64,000 nt of DNA from Microbotryum violaceum (lineage: Eukaryota): contig LN717261.1 of the NCBI GenBank assembly GCA_001244265.2, positions 2,371,591 to 2,435,590 of the forward strand. The letters run 5' to 3'. The notes beneath the pieces were generated by a model that saw nothing but the letters and a program-made list of their open reading frames with translations, was not told the origin of the DNA and did not search any database. This document shows, in pieces, positions 38,871-51,347 of this stretch. How positions within the stretch are numbered: the stretch's first letter is position 1; the number at the start of each line of letters is the position of its first letter. The position numbers and the translations under genes are program-made.

Positions 38871-40085
38871 TTAATTTAACGGGTTCCCACTGGTGTTGAC
38901 GAACTCCTTGAACGGGATATCACTCGTGTATGGTTGCATCAGACCACTGAGCAAATCCATGGTACGACTCGATTGACTGAGAGAGTGGATCCCCTTCAGC
39001 GTGTCCCAAATGTCCTTCGCAGAGTCGAGATGTTCGCAATGGCCCATCTGTTCCTCGGAAAGCGCATTGGCGAGGAACTTGCATGCTAACTCGTTCCGGC
39101 GGTTGGCTTTATCGCGGAATGCCGCGACTTTGTCCGCAATTTGGACGCTGGTGAGAGTGGGCAAGGCGTCCGCTAAGGCGCGGAACCAGATCTCCCCCCG
39201 GAGCCCACTAAAGCTGGGGAGGCTGGTTCAACAGGCGCGGCGGACGCAGTTGCATTGGCGGAAACGAGGGTGGACCGATAGTCCGCAACGAGGGAGTTTA
39301 CCGAGTGGATAACAACGTCCCATAGTGCGTCGCCTCGTAAATTTAGATACGCCTTTCAAGCGACGCCCAACTCTTGTACCCTTTGCATCAGCAAAATGGC
39401 CAAACGCGCGTAAGCGCGCGAAACCTCGTAAAGCAGTCGTTAAGCGGCCTAAAGCTGCTCTCAAGCGCCCTTAACCACTCGTTAAGCCGCGCGCGCTTTA
39501 AGTGTCGCTTAAGTGTACCCTAGATAAGGGACTCTTACGACGCACTTACGGCGCACTTACGGCGCGCATGCGGCGCGCTTGCGGCGCGCTTAAGACTCCT
39601 CGTGCGCTTTGTTTGCATACGCAAAGCGGTCCGTAAGCGCTCTTATGCGCGTATGCGTCCTTATGCGCATCTTATGCACCATTAAGCGCTGTTAAGCGCG
39701 CGTAATCTCGGCCGAATCCTTAAGCGGGTTCGCGCGCGTGACCATTTTGCTCCTGTGGTGTCCTTGAGGTACCCCCATTGTGGGAATCGGGTTCGCTCGC
39801 TGAGCTCATAACCTTTTACAGATAAGGACTAAGAGGTACTCCACAACTCAGTTCCGAGATACACGAGTGGGATGATGAGAATAGCGTGGCTTTGCAGTAA
39901 CTAACCTAAGAGGTACTCCACGACTCAGCTCCGAGATACACGAGTGAGATGATGAGAATAGCCGAGCGTGGAGAAGAAGACCAGAAAAGAAAAAAGACGC
40001 GAAGACAGAGATAAGCGCGCACGCAGAATAAAGAATTAACAAGGCTAATAGAAAAGAGTTAGGCTTTCAGACCCAACTTCTAACA
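38871..40085 (-). mobile_element. Copia 5' fragment: LTR, PBS and gag start
   Basis: LTR 39814-40085 starting tgttag; PBS ggttatgagc at 39804-39813; gag-like SAKDIWDTLKGIH. Confidence 0.8.
39386..39751 (+). mobile_element. MITE family A, near-complete copy of ~365 bp
   Basis: Ends catcagcaaaatgg...ccattttgct; rich in ttaag/gcgc; other copies at 26660 and 45270/50864. Confidence 0.85.
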
Positions 40086-40683
40086 CATGTCTAATGCCCA
40101 AGCTGGCAGTGCTTGTATCAAGGTTAGCCTTACCCACGGGACAATCATCTGTTCGCCTCCACCTGACCCACTATTCTTGTGTGTCCACTGTCCATGAACC
40201 TCAGTCTTGGCCCGATCGTAAAGGCACCGCCAAAGACGCCGGTGGCGGATCGGGCTACGTCAAGAACATCATGTTCCAAAATTTCGTGAACAAAAATGTG
40301 GACCAGCCTCTAGTGCTCACCTCTTGCTATATGCACACTGAGGAGTACTGCGCCAAGTTCCCCTCGGAGTCGAAGATGACGGTCTCGGATGTGCACTACA
40401 TCAACGTCACCGGAACCTCCACTGCAGTGGAAAGTACAAGGGTGTGGTCGCCCTGCTCGATTGCTCCACGGAGTGCACTGGTATCACTGCCAACGGGACT
40501 CACCTGAGCTTACCTACGCCCAGTACTCCTCCCGTGTACATCTGCCACAACATCGACTCCGAGAACCAGGTCAGTTTGGGCAGATGGGGTCTCCCGATTC
40601 AAGCTGATAGTGCGTTCACCATCCTGACGAAGTTTTCATATTCTCCTCGTTCACAGCTCGACTTCCATTGCACCAAACTGTGA
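40086..40683 (+). pseudogene. GH28 polygalacturonase/rhamnogalacturonase-like gene, 3' relic
   Basis: MSNAQAGSACIK, intron, SWPDRKG...GGGSGYVKNIMFQNF...SDVHYINVTGTS; frameshift near 40425; 5' part replaced by a copia LTR. Confidence 0.8.
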
Positions 40684-41057
40684 TTTCAGGCGGTTACCTC
40701 TGCATCTAGTTTCACACAGTTGACGCCGTGACGTCTACCAGAGGACCTGGTGTCTGTGGCTTTTATTCTTTCACGTGTCGGTGTTTGTCAGCTCATCCTT
40801 ATCACTGCCATGAGTGCAATACTTCGACGGTTTAATTCGGAAAAATCTTACTGGAGAAGAGTCTGTTGGAATCGACAAAGATTCCAAATGATCAACAAAG
40901 AAGAACGGTTGGACCAGGAGTCGCACCTGGGTCGCTTCCATTCCTTGAAAAAACTTTGACCAACTAAGCTATCCGACCCCTGATATCAGTGCAGGGTCTA
41001 CTAACACCTTCAACAGAGTTGCTTTAGTGATCCGCATAGTTCTTCGGCTTGCGCGGG

Positions 41058-41632
41058 AAAAAAAAACTGTATACTAAATATCTTGCTTTCATCTTTCATC
41101 TATTACAGGTCTGCTTCCGTAGCTCATGGACCGGCTCGCGATTTAGCTTTGACTCGACAGTGGCTCGCGCTCTTCGGCTTCGGGGTTCTGAGTCAAGGGA
41201 GGGATCAGCATACACAGGCAGAAAGTCGGGTTTGAGGGGCCAGGGAGTGCTGAAGTGGATCTTTTGAGGGGCCTCCACGGCGTCTTGTTGTGACCGAGCA
41301 TAGACTTGGGGCTTCGCGGGTAAGGGTGGCTGCGCAGTCGATCTCCTGTTTTTGTCTCGACCGAGTTGGGAAGTGGGTGCGGGGTGGGCCTCTTGTCGTT
41401 AGTACGCCAGGTCTTTTTCTTTTTCTCTCTCTCATTCGTCTCCTGAGGGGGAGCAACCGCTTGGCTGGGGCCCTTCGGATTCAAGTATCGTATTGGTGGA
41501 CACCGGCCCGTTTCTTGCATCTTGCGGGCGGTTTGTGTTATCATCGTCGACTTCCATCTAGTTTTTCCGTAGGCCGAATTGGGGGAACATGAACCAGGCG
41601 CAATATGATGAACAAGTTCTACATTAAAAAAA
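41058..41632 (+). mobile_element. Solo 3'-UTR copy of the 16.7-23.7 kb LINE family
   Basis: Reverse-complement similarity to 16711-17275; short A tail at ~41626-41631. Confidence 0.85.
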
Positions 41633-42021
41633 GGGAAGAAGGGTGTCATTTGAAGACCGTCTCAAAGTTGCCTTGAGCTCGGCTCTGTATTTACAACGCT
41701 CGTTGAAACCTCCCAACGCTTCCAAGACTACGCCGACATGTTGATGGCAAAAGCGGCAACACTTGGCATTGTCTGACGGGCTGGTGACACCTCAGAAAAA
41801 CAGAGGGGATGAAGAAGAATATGGCCGACACATCGTTTACACATGGCTGACGCAAGTGCGGAATCGCGCGATTGTTGAAGCATATCTATATGACCTGCCT
41901 CGCCCCGACAGTTTTTGACTTGGTGTTTATGTCACGAAAATTTGACCGCTCGGGCGCACGTGCGTCATCATTACACAGAGTTACGATATACAAGGGAACT
42001 TTCAGAGGGTTTGATGCCACT

Positions 42022-44754
42022 TCACTCGTATTTGGCCGTCCCGCCTTTACCGTTCGCACCCGCCGGCCCGCTACTCCCACCCATGAGAAAGGCACCCCCT
42101 CTCCTCCCCAGGCATTGTCGCAGGAACCACCATCCGGCCAACCACGATGAGATGATGAAGAAAATGAGGGCGAAAGGATGGGAGGAGAAGTACGACTTGA
42201 ATGACGAGTCGGTAAGAAGCGCGAGGCGCTAATCGAAATGAATCAGTCGCCGGGGCAGGAGGGGAACGTTTGAACTCGACAGAGTTCAGGCTCACATGTG
42301 CTAGTCGATCAAAGAATGATCTCGAGCTCAGAGGTTTCAACTGGTTGGTCAGAATCCCTCGCTCGATCGTCTCGTACACGGTGTCCGACGTGATGGGCTC
42401 GGACGAGAGATCGCGGTTCCAATAGGCCAGTTCCTGTGTGAGAAGGGGCAGGTACAATGCCCATCAATAACTCGACGCGAAAATCCAAGAAAAGGCTGGA
42501 CAACCTACTTTTGGGTCCGAGACGACGATTCCCGGTCGCTTCCCCCAGTTGACCGAGTACATCCCCTTCAGCCACCCCATCCACCGGTCCGCATCGACCC
42601 AAGCCCAGACCACCTCCCTCGCCAACTTGTCCCCTTTACTCCTCCGCTCTGCCCACCCCTTGGCCAAGGCTTCGAACGCGGTCTTTTGATCCTCATAATC
42701 CTTGCCCATCTGTGATTTGGAAAACAAACCCAAGACAACAAGAGGGACCTCGTCACCCATCGCGGGCAGGACATCATGGATCGTCGCTGAGTTCAGTTCG
42801 ACCAGAGCGGGCAACTTGGCCCATCGCATCCAGTTCGAGATGTTCTCAATCCTCGCTTCGCGGTTCGCCAGCCCTGATGTAGATGCAGAGGGGAAGACAT
42901 GTCTCGAGCTCGGTTGAAGGTGTTGGCCCTTCAAGACGAGGAAGACGGCGTCCTGTTGGACCGAGTACAGGGAGAAGAGGTCCGGCGACGTCGAGGTGTA
43001 GAATGAGAGTTCGCCTTGCAGGTTCCTTGCTGCGGTCGTAGTGATCTTGAGATCGTCCTTGGAGAGCGAAGGCGAATACAGGAACAGCATGACCACGGGT
43101 TCGGCGGCGACGACGCGCTTGAGTTCGTACTCATTGGCCAAAGGCTTGACCTGGCTCAAGTTGACGACGCGAGTGACGAAGCGACGCATCGTTTCAACGT
43201 CACGAGGCCCGTTGTATTCGACCTTTTGCCCCTGATGGTAGAGCATCAATGTCGGGTACGATTGGACCTTCTCCGCCGCGCAGGTCTTGCTGGTCGATTT
43301 CTGGTCGCAGTCCATCTCGTACACAGCGACTCTGCCCTTGAGTTGCTCGGCCAGGTCGACCCAGCGCGTTTGCAGCGCTTTGCAATGCCCACACCACGGC
43401 GCATAGAACTTGACAAACGAGGGGGGTGCATCGTCAGCGTTGAGAGCGTTGATCTGCGTCGGCTCGAGGATGTGGACCTGACCATCGGGCAAGGGGTGGT
43501 TGTTGCGCTTCTCGTCGATTTGCTGATGTGGCTGGGCGACGAACAAGGGCGGCGAGTCGGAATTGGCGGAGCCTTTGCCCAGTCGAGCAATCCCGCCTTT
43601 GGGCGCTCGACCGTCGGCGGTCTTGTCGGACTCAGAACCCACGGCGGCGTCCAGCAACTCCTTGCTTATCTTGTCCGCTTTCAACAACGGTGGTGAAACG
43701 ACGACGGGTGCAGCCTTCTTGGCCCCTTCAAGGATGACTTCAAGCGCCGATGGAGAAGCCTTCTCCTCTTGTGCATCTTCGTTATTCAGATGCAACTTGG
43801 CCTCCCGCGTCGATCCCATGTGTTTCGCAGCGCTCGTGTCTGATTCCCCCGTCTTTCCCTTGATCGCCGCCGCCAGCCTGTCTGTCTTGACCTGACCCTG
43901 AGGCCCATTGTCGAGCGCATCTGATTGCGTGCCGTTCTCTTCGGCACTTTCCTCGTCCTCTTCTTCCTCGCCCTCGGCTTGATCCTTCTTGGGAGCCGTT
44001 TCGACCTTGACCTCGGGTGGCGCTACGGCCTTCTTGGCTTCAAGCGCTTTGGCCTGCTTATTCTTAAGCATTTGCCTGTCGATGTACTGATCGAGGTCAA
44101 AGACGGCACGCTTGCCGGAATACTCTTCGACAAAGACGCCGTGGTGGTAGAGGAATATGGAGGGGTAGTATTTGACATTGTTGAGGTGGCAGAGGTCGCC
44201 GTTGGCGGCGCAGTCTACTTGAGCAAAGTAGAAGTTTTGCGAAGTCGTGGGCACACGCTTGAGGTCGTACACTGTGTATGGGGCGTCGTGGGCCGGTTGG
44301 GATGGTAGAGGAGGTTTGGACGGTGAGCTACCGGTTCCTTCAGGTGGGAGGGTTGATTGATAGAGCGCGTCAGGGTCGACTTACGTTCTTTCCACTTGGG
44401 AGCAAATGACCGGCAGTGGTGGCAATATGGTCTGTCACGCCGAATAGCAAACGTCAGTGCCCCTCTTGCACGTCGTCTCTTACCCGAAAGGAACATGACG
44501 TACGAATAGTGCTCGACCAGCCTGTGCGATGAGGACGAACAGAGGGCAGTCAGTCCACGTGTTTCACCTTCACTTTGATGTCCATGATCCTGCGCATGCC
44601 TCTATACTTACCAGGTGCCGTTGTTGACGGTGTTCCACGTCTCGGCAGTCAAAGACTCGCCGGCCATTTCCATGGGCGTGATGGGTGCGGCCCCAGAGAG
44701 CAGGACCAACGCCGTCATCACCAGCTGCGACAAAGGCAAGCCTATCCGTGTCAT
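42022..44754 (-). CDS. Membrane-anchored ER protein disulfide isomerase-like thioredoxin-domain protein (Eps1/TXNDC5-like), multi-exon
   Basis: Signal peptide MTRIGLPLSQLVMTALVLLSGAAP; PYCHHC and APWCGHC thioredoxin motifs; main exon 42464-44272; C-terminal TM segment HPFALIFFIISSWLAGWWFL; ends ...AKYE*; GT-AG introns. Confidence 0.9.
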
Positions 44755-47656
44755 GTTGATTTCGGTTATGACGATAGACAAGGGAAAAGGAACACGTGGT
44801 CGCTGTTCGGCTGATTGGCGGCGCTGAGACGGCGCAGGCTGGCGGCAACTGAAACCCCAGAGAGCGGCAGCGGGGGCCTCGGGCGTGCGTTGGTTGGCTC
44901 GAGAAAGGCCGAAAGAACGAGTCACCCGCTCCGTAGACTTTCAAGCTTCCAAAGGATGAGGTGCTGACCGTCACGCGTCGCCGGCTCGTAGCGAGAATGA
45001 GCTCTCGAGTCTGAGGCAGGGGCTCGCCCGTCGAACCACTGTCGCGAGCTGTCGCAGCCCCCCCGAAAGCTAACCTCAAGGAAATTGGGTTAAACCGCGC
45101 GCAAATGGTGCAATTACCAATTACGCGCGCGCGTTTACACCCGAAGCTTGACCCATCTAGGTAGTAAGGTGCAAAGTTCACTTACAAATGGTGCATTCTT
45201 CGCGCAAGTTTGGTGCGTTTGCCCCGGAAGAAAGGTGCGTTTACCAATTAAGGATGGTGCATCTACCAGCATCAGCAAAATGGCCAAACGCGCGTAAGCG
45301 CGCGAAACCTCGTAAAGCAGTCGTTAAGCGGCCGAGAGCTGCTCTTAAGCGCCCTTAACCACTCGTTAAGCCGCGCGCGCATTAAGCGTCGCTTAAGTGT
45401 ACCCTAAATAAGGGACTCTTACGGCGCGCTTAAGACTCCTCGCGTATGGGGGGCCGCCGTTTGGGCAACAAATGGTTTTGCGCGCCCGGGGCCTCCGCGC
45501 GCCCAGAAATATGGATATGCGCGCCCCGCCGAACGTTTCTGCGCGCCCGCGACTCGTCTAGCCTCGTTCATGCGCGACACACGCGACCTCACGCGCTCAC
45601 GCGCGACACTCGCGCGGACTCGCGCGGCCGCCTTTTTTCACACACACACCGTCCCCACGTCAACCTTGTCCAGTTATTCCCCGCTTTCATAACAACTCTG
45701 TTTCACTCAACAGGCTTCAACTGCTATCATGAGAAAAGTAGATGGTATCATTCCGACTTGGGAGAGGGAGTTGGCCGCCAAGGGTGCAAGTACGTTGCAA
45801 GCTGGGAGCTCTTTCAAGTTGAGCATCAGCAACTTTGCCACTTTGCTAAATGGCACTAAATAGATCTCGAGCCGCTAAACCGCTAAAGTGCGCAAAATGG
45901 CACAAAATGGCACTCACATTGGCACTGTTTGATGAACTTAGCAAAGTTTGATGAAGTTGACACTTAAAATTTGGAGGAGTGCTGTGGTGAGGTGTCACAA
46001 TGTCAAGACCTTGGTTGCTAATCTTCCTATTACCAACTCTAGGTATCAGTATACCAAGTACTCGACCTGCAATAGATACATAAAGACATGATTTGCTCTC
46101 GACACATGTTTGCAGTATTGCAAAATATTCTCCCACCAGAACTGAAGCTATACTGATAATTCAATTGAGCACTCATGACAGGGGCTATTCTGACAGATCC
46201 ATTTGCGGCGCCCTCCCTTTCCCCTTCCCGCGACTCTGAGGCGTTCTCGGATCACGTAGAATTTTGATGCTAACTACCCTCCCAAAGCGATCACAAGTTA
46301 CAGTCAACTGGTTGTTCCAGATGTCCACAACATTCTGGATATTCCATGCTCGTGTGATCTGCATTTCTCAAAATAGCACCTGCCCAAGATCCGATCGTAA
46401 AACATCCTCAACCGAGTGTCGTAGATTGCAGTAGTCGCTGTGCGGCGACGTAAAAAGGAAATGCGCCTCTTGCGCCTACGGACAGAGTAGGACTTAGACA
46501 CATTTTGGGAGCACGGCGCGAGTCGCCGCGCGCGGCGCGCCGACTCAACTGGCGCGCAAATCGGGCCTTCGCCAGGACGTGGGCGCAAGCGCCGTCACGG
46601 CCAAGTGACTCGCATTAGGCCACGGCCGCGTGTTGTTTACCAAGTCCACGCGCCGTCGCGAGCCTCCTTTTCCTTCCTCCCACTCACTGCCACCGCTCGC
46701 GATCCCCATCCCTTGTTCCCTCTTGCCTCCACCATCACCTTTCAATCTGCCCCTGGCTATTTCCGAATTAGTCGACCGTATGGCACAGTCATTGAAAGGT
46801 ATGGCTGAAGCGTTACAAGCCGCCCGCAAAGACACCGCCAGCAACCGGCGGGACCAATGCGCGGTCAACCAAACACGAAGCAGACTGAGGCGCACGTCAC
46901 ATCTTGGCAACGCTGACGATCTTCGGAGGGGTTCTTGGAACTTCGCTGTGGCCACACTTTTAGGGTGATCTTGAAGAAGCTATACCGTTGTCCAGAGCAG
47001 GAAATGGTTAGTAAGTATTTGCATTACTGCAGAGAGATTTCCAATTCGGCCGGAAGTCAGACGACCTGTCAAACTCACTGTTGAACGATCTCGTCGCCGT
47101 GTTCGGAGCTTGCGCCAAGAGCCAAAAGGTGGCCTCCCTCAATGCGGCGCAGCCGGACAACCAACCCCTGGCTTTTGGTCTAGTATCTTATGCTTAAAGG
47201 TGTGGTGAGTCGAGAGATTTTCCGCGGATATCGTTTTCATCCCTGTAACATTCGACCTAACGTTAGTCTACTGGTCCCATCAATAGGCTCGTGTGTCTGT
47301 TGAAAAGGTGATGCCCCCGATTGCGGAATTCTCAGGTGAGCCTCAATCACCAGGTGTTGCGACATACACGAGTTGTTTCCGGGTGGGGGAGGGGGGCGGT
47401 TATGCTTCCGTTTTCAGGTGGCGAAGCAGTGGCCAAAGACTCGCTCGAGGCAGGCCTGGTACTTAGGCACAGGGCACAGTTGGTGCCGAATGATACGTAA
47501 GAAGAGGACTCAGAATAGATTTGTTGGCTGGCAGTAGCCTAGTACTTAGCACTGTGATTATGAGTGGGAATGCAAGCATGTACCAGTACTACCAGGCATC
47601 GATTGCTCAAGCGCGCTTATACAGCACTGAAATCAGGTTGCTGTTGCAAAAGCACT

Positions 47657-47900
47657 ATAAGTGCACTAAATGGCACGGAAGCCACTAAATGGTACAAAGT
47701 GCACAAAGTGCACTAAATGGCACAAAGTGCACAAAGTGCACTAAATGGCACAAAGTGCACTAAATGGCACAAAGTGCACTTAAGTGCCTTTTAAGTGTCA
47801 TTTAGTGACCCACCGGAGATTATAGAAAGTGCACTAAATTTCACTAAAAGTGCGCTTTTGGCACTAAAGTGCGCTAAATTTCACTAAATTTCACTAAAGC
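47657..47900. repeat. Degenerate tandem array of aagtgcac / taaatggcac units
   Basis: Directly visible; related motifs at 45845-45920. Confidence 0.85.
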
Positions 47901-48062
47901 GCGAGTGGCAAAGTTGCTGATGAGCCTTCGTAGTAATGCAGGCTGGAGCAGATGCAGAGATTCTTCCAGTGCCGATGTTCGATATACGATTCTGCTGCTG
48001 CATACCAAGACTCTTGGCCGGGAGCACCGGCGCAGGATTTGTCGGCCCACCCCGACAAATAA

Positions 48063-49859
48063 GTGCGTGTTCGGCTGCACTTTTAAGCACTTTTAAGACC
48101 GCTTTTAGGGAAATCCTCAGCCATTCTGAAAGCCTCCCTAAAAGTGCTAAAAGTGCCTAAAAGTGGCGTGTACGGTTGCGTCGCTAAAAGTCCCTAAAAG
48201 TCACTTTTAGGGACCATTCCTTAAAAGTGGTCCGAGGGCACTTTTAGCACTTTTAGGGACGCACTCCGAGCTTCGACCCCCTTAGGCTGGCAGGTTGCTG
48301 GGACGCGCTCGGACCGCTCAGGCCGCCTCGGTGGCAGCATTGGCTCACGTGCGTAGATAACCGAATATGTGAAATCTAATCAGGCTTGATACAAAAAAAA
48401 AAATCACGGATGCGTCGGTTGGCCTTCGTCGCGTCACGTCGTGCAGTGCGCTGTCCACCATGGCCAAGAAATCCACCTTATCACACTCAGCAAGCGACGA
48501 CGACAGCAAGAACGACTCCGCTCACTGGAACACTTTGTGCAAAAAGAACAAAAGCAACACAGGCAAGGGCAAGAGCAAAAGCAAGTCGAGAGGGGCCGGG
48601 ACGCGAGCGGAGAACTGGTCCGTTGCGCAGACCACCTTTTTGGTCCATCTCTATGGCAATAACATGCTGTCGCCCGAACCTCCTCTGAAGCTTCCAGCCT
48701 GGAACATCATTGTTGCTGCGATGGTGAAGCAACACCCCGAGCGCAAAAAGAGCTGTAGCCAACGCCAAGTGAATGCTCTCTGGCTCATGGAGCACGCTCC
48801 CGTACCTTTGTCCATGGTCGGACCATTGGCATCACGAGTGTACAAGATACAAAACCCATGTCCTACAACAGTGACTTGCCCATTTTTACCCAGTAGCCAT
48901 TCTTTGAGGTGGTACCGAACGTTTGTGTACGGTGCCATGCACTCCTCGCTGGTTGCAAAGCCTGCATCACCAAGATACCACTCTAGTATTTACCTTCGGG
49001 GATGAGGAGGTCCCGTTCGCGGGCCCAATCCCACGCTTGCTGATCGTGAGCAGAACCTTTGCAGCGGGTCTGAAGATAGCAGAAGCGAAGTTCGAAAGTC
49101 ATAGCCGCGAGTATGTCTTGTGTCTTGTCTCCTTTTCGATTGATTGATCATTTGGCATCGTTGGCCGCTGAGTACAGGGGGCGTGCGTTCCGTCGATGGC
49201 GTCGATGCAATTGCCGAAGTATCGTGCAAACCGAGGTTTGTCGGTGATAACGCTCGATGTGGGCGTGTCTGCCGTAGGCTGAACAACGTACAGCTTTCTG
49301 AGGTCGCTGTACACAAGTAATCCAAGTGTTTCTGGCAAATGACTGCGACGCAAATAGGAAGGTGCATGAGTACTAGCGCTCAGGCTTGGAGTTAGGAGGA
49401 AAGCTGCGGACCTGTTCTGTCATGAAGTAGGACATGAGAGCAGGAACTACTAACCGAGCGATGATATCCAACAAGCTTTGACAAACCTCGTCGATTTTGC
49501 GGTAAGACTCGGCGCCCCGCTGCCAGTACAGCAACATAGCAAGTTTCTCCTTGACGGTCACGTGCTTCGAGGGGACGATCCGATGCAGCGATGCGCATTG
49601 CAGAAGCAAGACACGCATCTCCTCGTGCCGGATGTTGCGATTCGAATTTCGACATGCCGGGTTCAAACACGTGACCTGAACTCGTCCGGTGAGCTCTCTC
49701 ACCCGTCATATATCAGATCGCTCCCGGCTGTTCGCGCCTTGAAAGTGGTTCCTAAACGTGAGGTGTTCGGCTGCTAAAAGTGGACCTTAACCGCGGCGCG
49801 CGCCGCTTTCAGCTAAAAGCGAGAAGGTCCTAAAAGTCCTTTTCCAGCCGAAAACGCCC
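48063..49859. mobile_element. PIF/Harbinger DNA transposon, internally deleted
   Basis: TIRs gtgcgtgttcggctg / cagccgaaaacgccc; TAA TSD; Myb/SANT-like ORF 48460+ (NWSVAQTTFLV...W); convergent transposase relic 49000-49700 (VKEKLAMLLYW, FGNCIDAIDGTH). Confidence 0.9.
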
Positions 49860-51347
49860 TAATTATCTGGAACGAGCCCTACTAGTTCTCTGGAACTCAA
49901 TGGAGCCCGACTCGGAGTGCCCAGCCCTGAGCCTCGAAAGCTCGAACGCTTTCAACAGCCACACCACCAACCCTATACACCATAGCAATGTCACTATTTG
50001 AAAATACATAAAGCTTAGCATTCGGAGCAAACGTCCTCCTGCCATGAAAATGAGTTCCATACCGCGGAGTATAAAGGCTAACCTCCTCCGAGTGGTGTCG
50101 GTTCCCGCGGAAGAATAGAAAAAGCCGCGAGCGTGTGAGCGTTTCCGGTCGCGCGCATCTGCGATTCTGCGAGCGTGAGAACTGTTTTGGGAGCGAGTGT
50201 AAGCAGCTTCCGAGGCGCGCAAATCGTAAAGAGCGGGGTGTGCGGGTATGAAAATTAAAAGAAATAAAATCATTTTTCGGATTTAATTTTAATTTTTGGA
50301 AAAATATCAAAAAGCGCGTAGATTGAATAGGTTGCGCGCGCATGAGCGCGCTGTAGCGTGTGTAATGCCCCATCCGTGCGCGGATACGGCGGGGCGAGCG
50401 AGTCTAACAGTGAGTGAACAGCGCGCGACCGCCAATAGGGGCCAGGAACAGATGTTTTTCCTGGAAAGCGCGCAACTCCGCAGGTTCCAGAGCGCGTTAG
50501 AGACCAAAAGTGCGTCCAAGAGTGAATGACGCGCAGGCCCTTTGGCGCGCAATTGCACGATTTTCGGCGCGCGTACAAACAAATTGTAACGCGCAAGTAG
50601 CCCCGGGCGCGCAAATACATTTGTTGCCCAAACGGCGGCCATAATGAAGGCCCTTCGGCGCGCCTACAAGCGAATTGTAATGCGCAAGTAGCCCCGGGCG
50701 CGCAAATCCATTTGTTGCCCAAACGGCGGCCCATACTCGCGCGCTTTGTTTGCATACGCAAAGCGTTCCGTAAGCCCTCTTATGCACATCTTATGCACCG
50801 TTAAGCGCGCATAATCTTGGGTGAATCCTTGAGCGGGTTCGCGCGCGTGGCGATTTTGCTGATGCACGTAGCGGGGCAATCCGCTGTATCTCGTGTAGTA
50901 TGTCATTTATCACCTTGAAACTTGACAAGCCCTTTTACATGATCACCAAGTACGTCCACCTTCAGTAAGGAGCACTCTCATCAGGATCCCATGTAGTTGG
51001 AAATCGTGTGTGCACCCGGGCCGGCTCTCGTCCACGCCGCGGCCGAGTCGTCTGGACCCCGGACCGAGTAGCCCCCCCCCCCCCCCCCCACCCTAGGCTG
51101 CAATACAATGACTAAGACAATCAATCTCGGAGCTGCGGGATGTGTCCATATGGAGTGGGACACCTTGTATAGCATTCCTCGCCATATTTCCTGCCTCAGC
51201 TTGAACTTGGACAAGGAAGATCATTGACTGCCTTTCCAAACCATCCGTGAACATGTCCTAACAAAGCTAGTAGCACATCACCAAGTGTTCTCGCAAATGT
51301 CACTAGCCATGATCATTATCTCATTATCTACTATCTACTATCTTCTA

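Larger units (their letters stand above)
45445..50735. mobile_element. TIR element family B (~5.3 kb including the nested Harbinger)
   Basis: TIR tatggg(ggg)ccgccgtttgggcaacaaatgg / ccatttgttgcccaaacggcggcccata; ctcgcg duplicated on both flanks. Confidence 0.8.
45270..50864 (+). mobile_element. MITE family A copy split by the family B insertion
   Basis: Left half 45270-45444 and right half 50736-50864 rejoin to match 39386-39751; TIRs catcagcaaaat / attttgctgatg. Confidence 0.85.
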
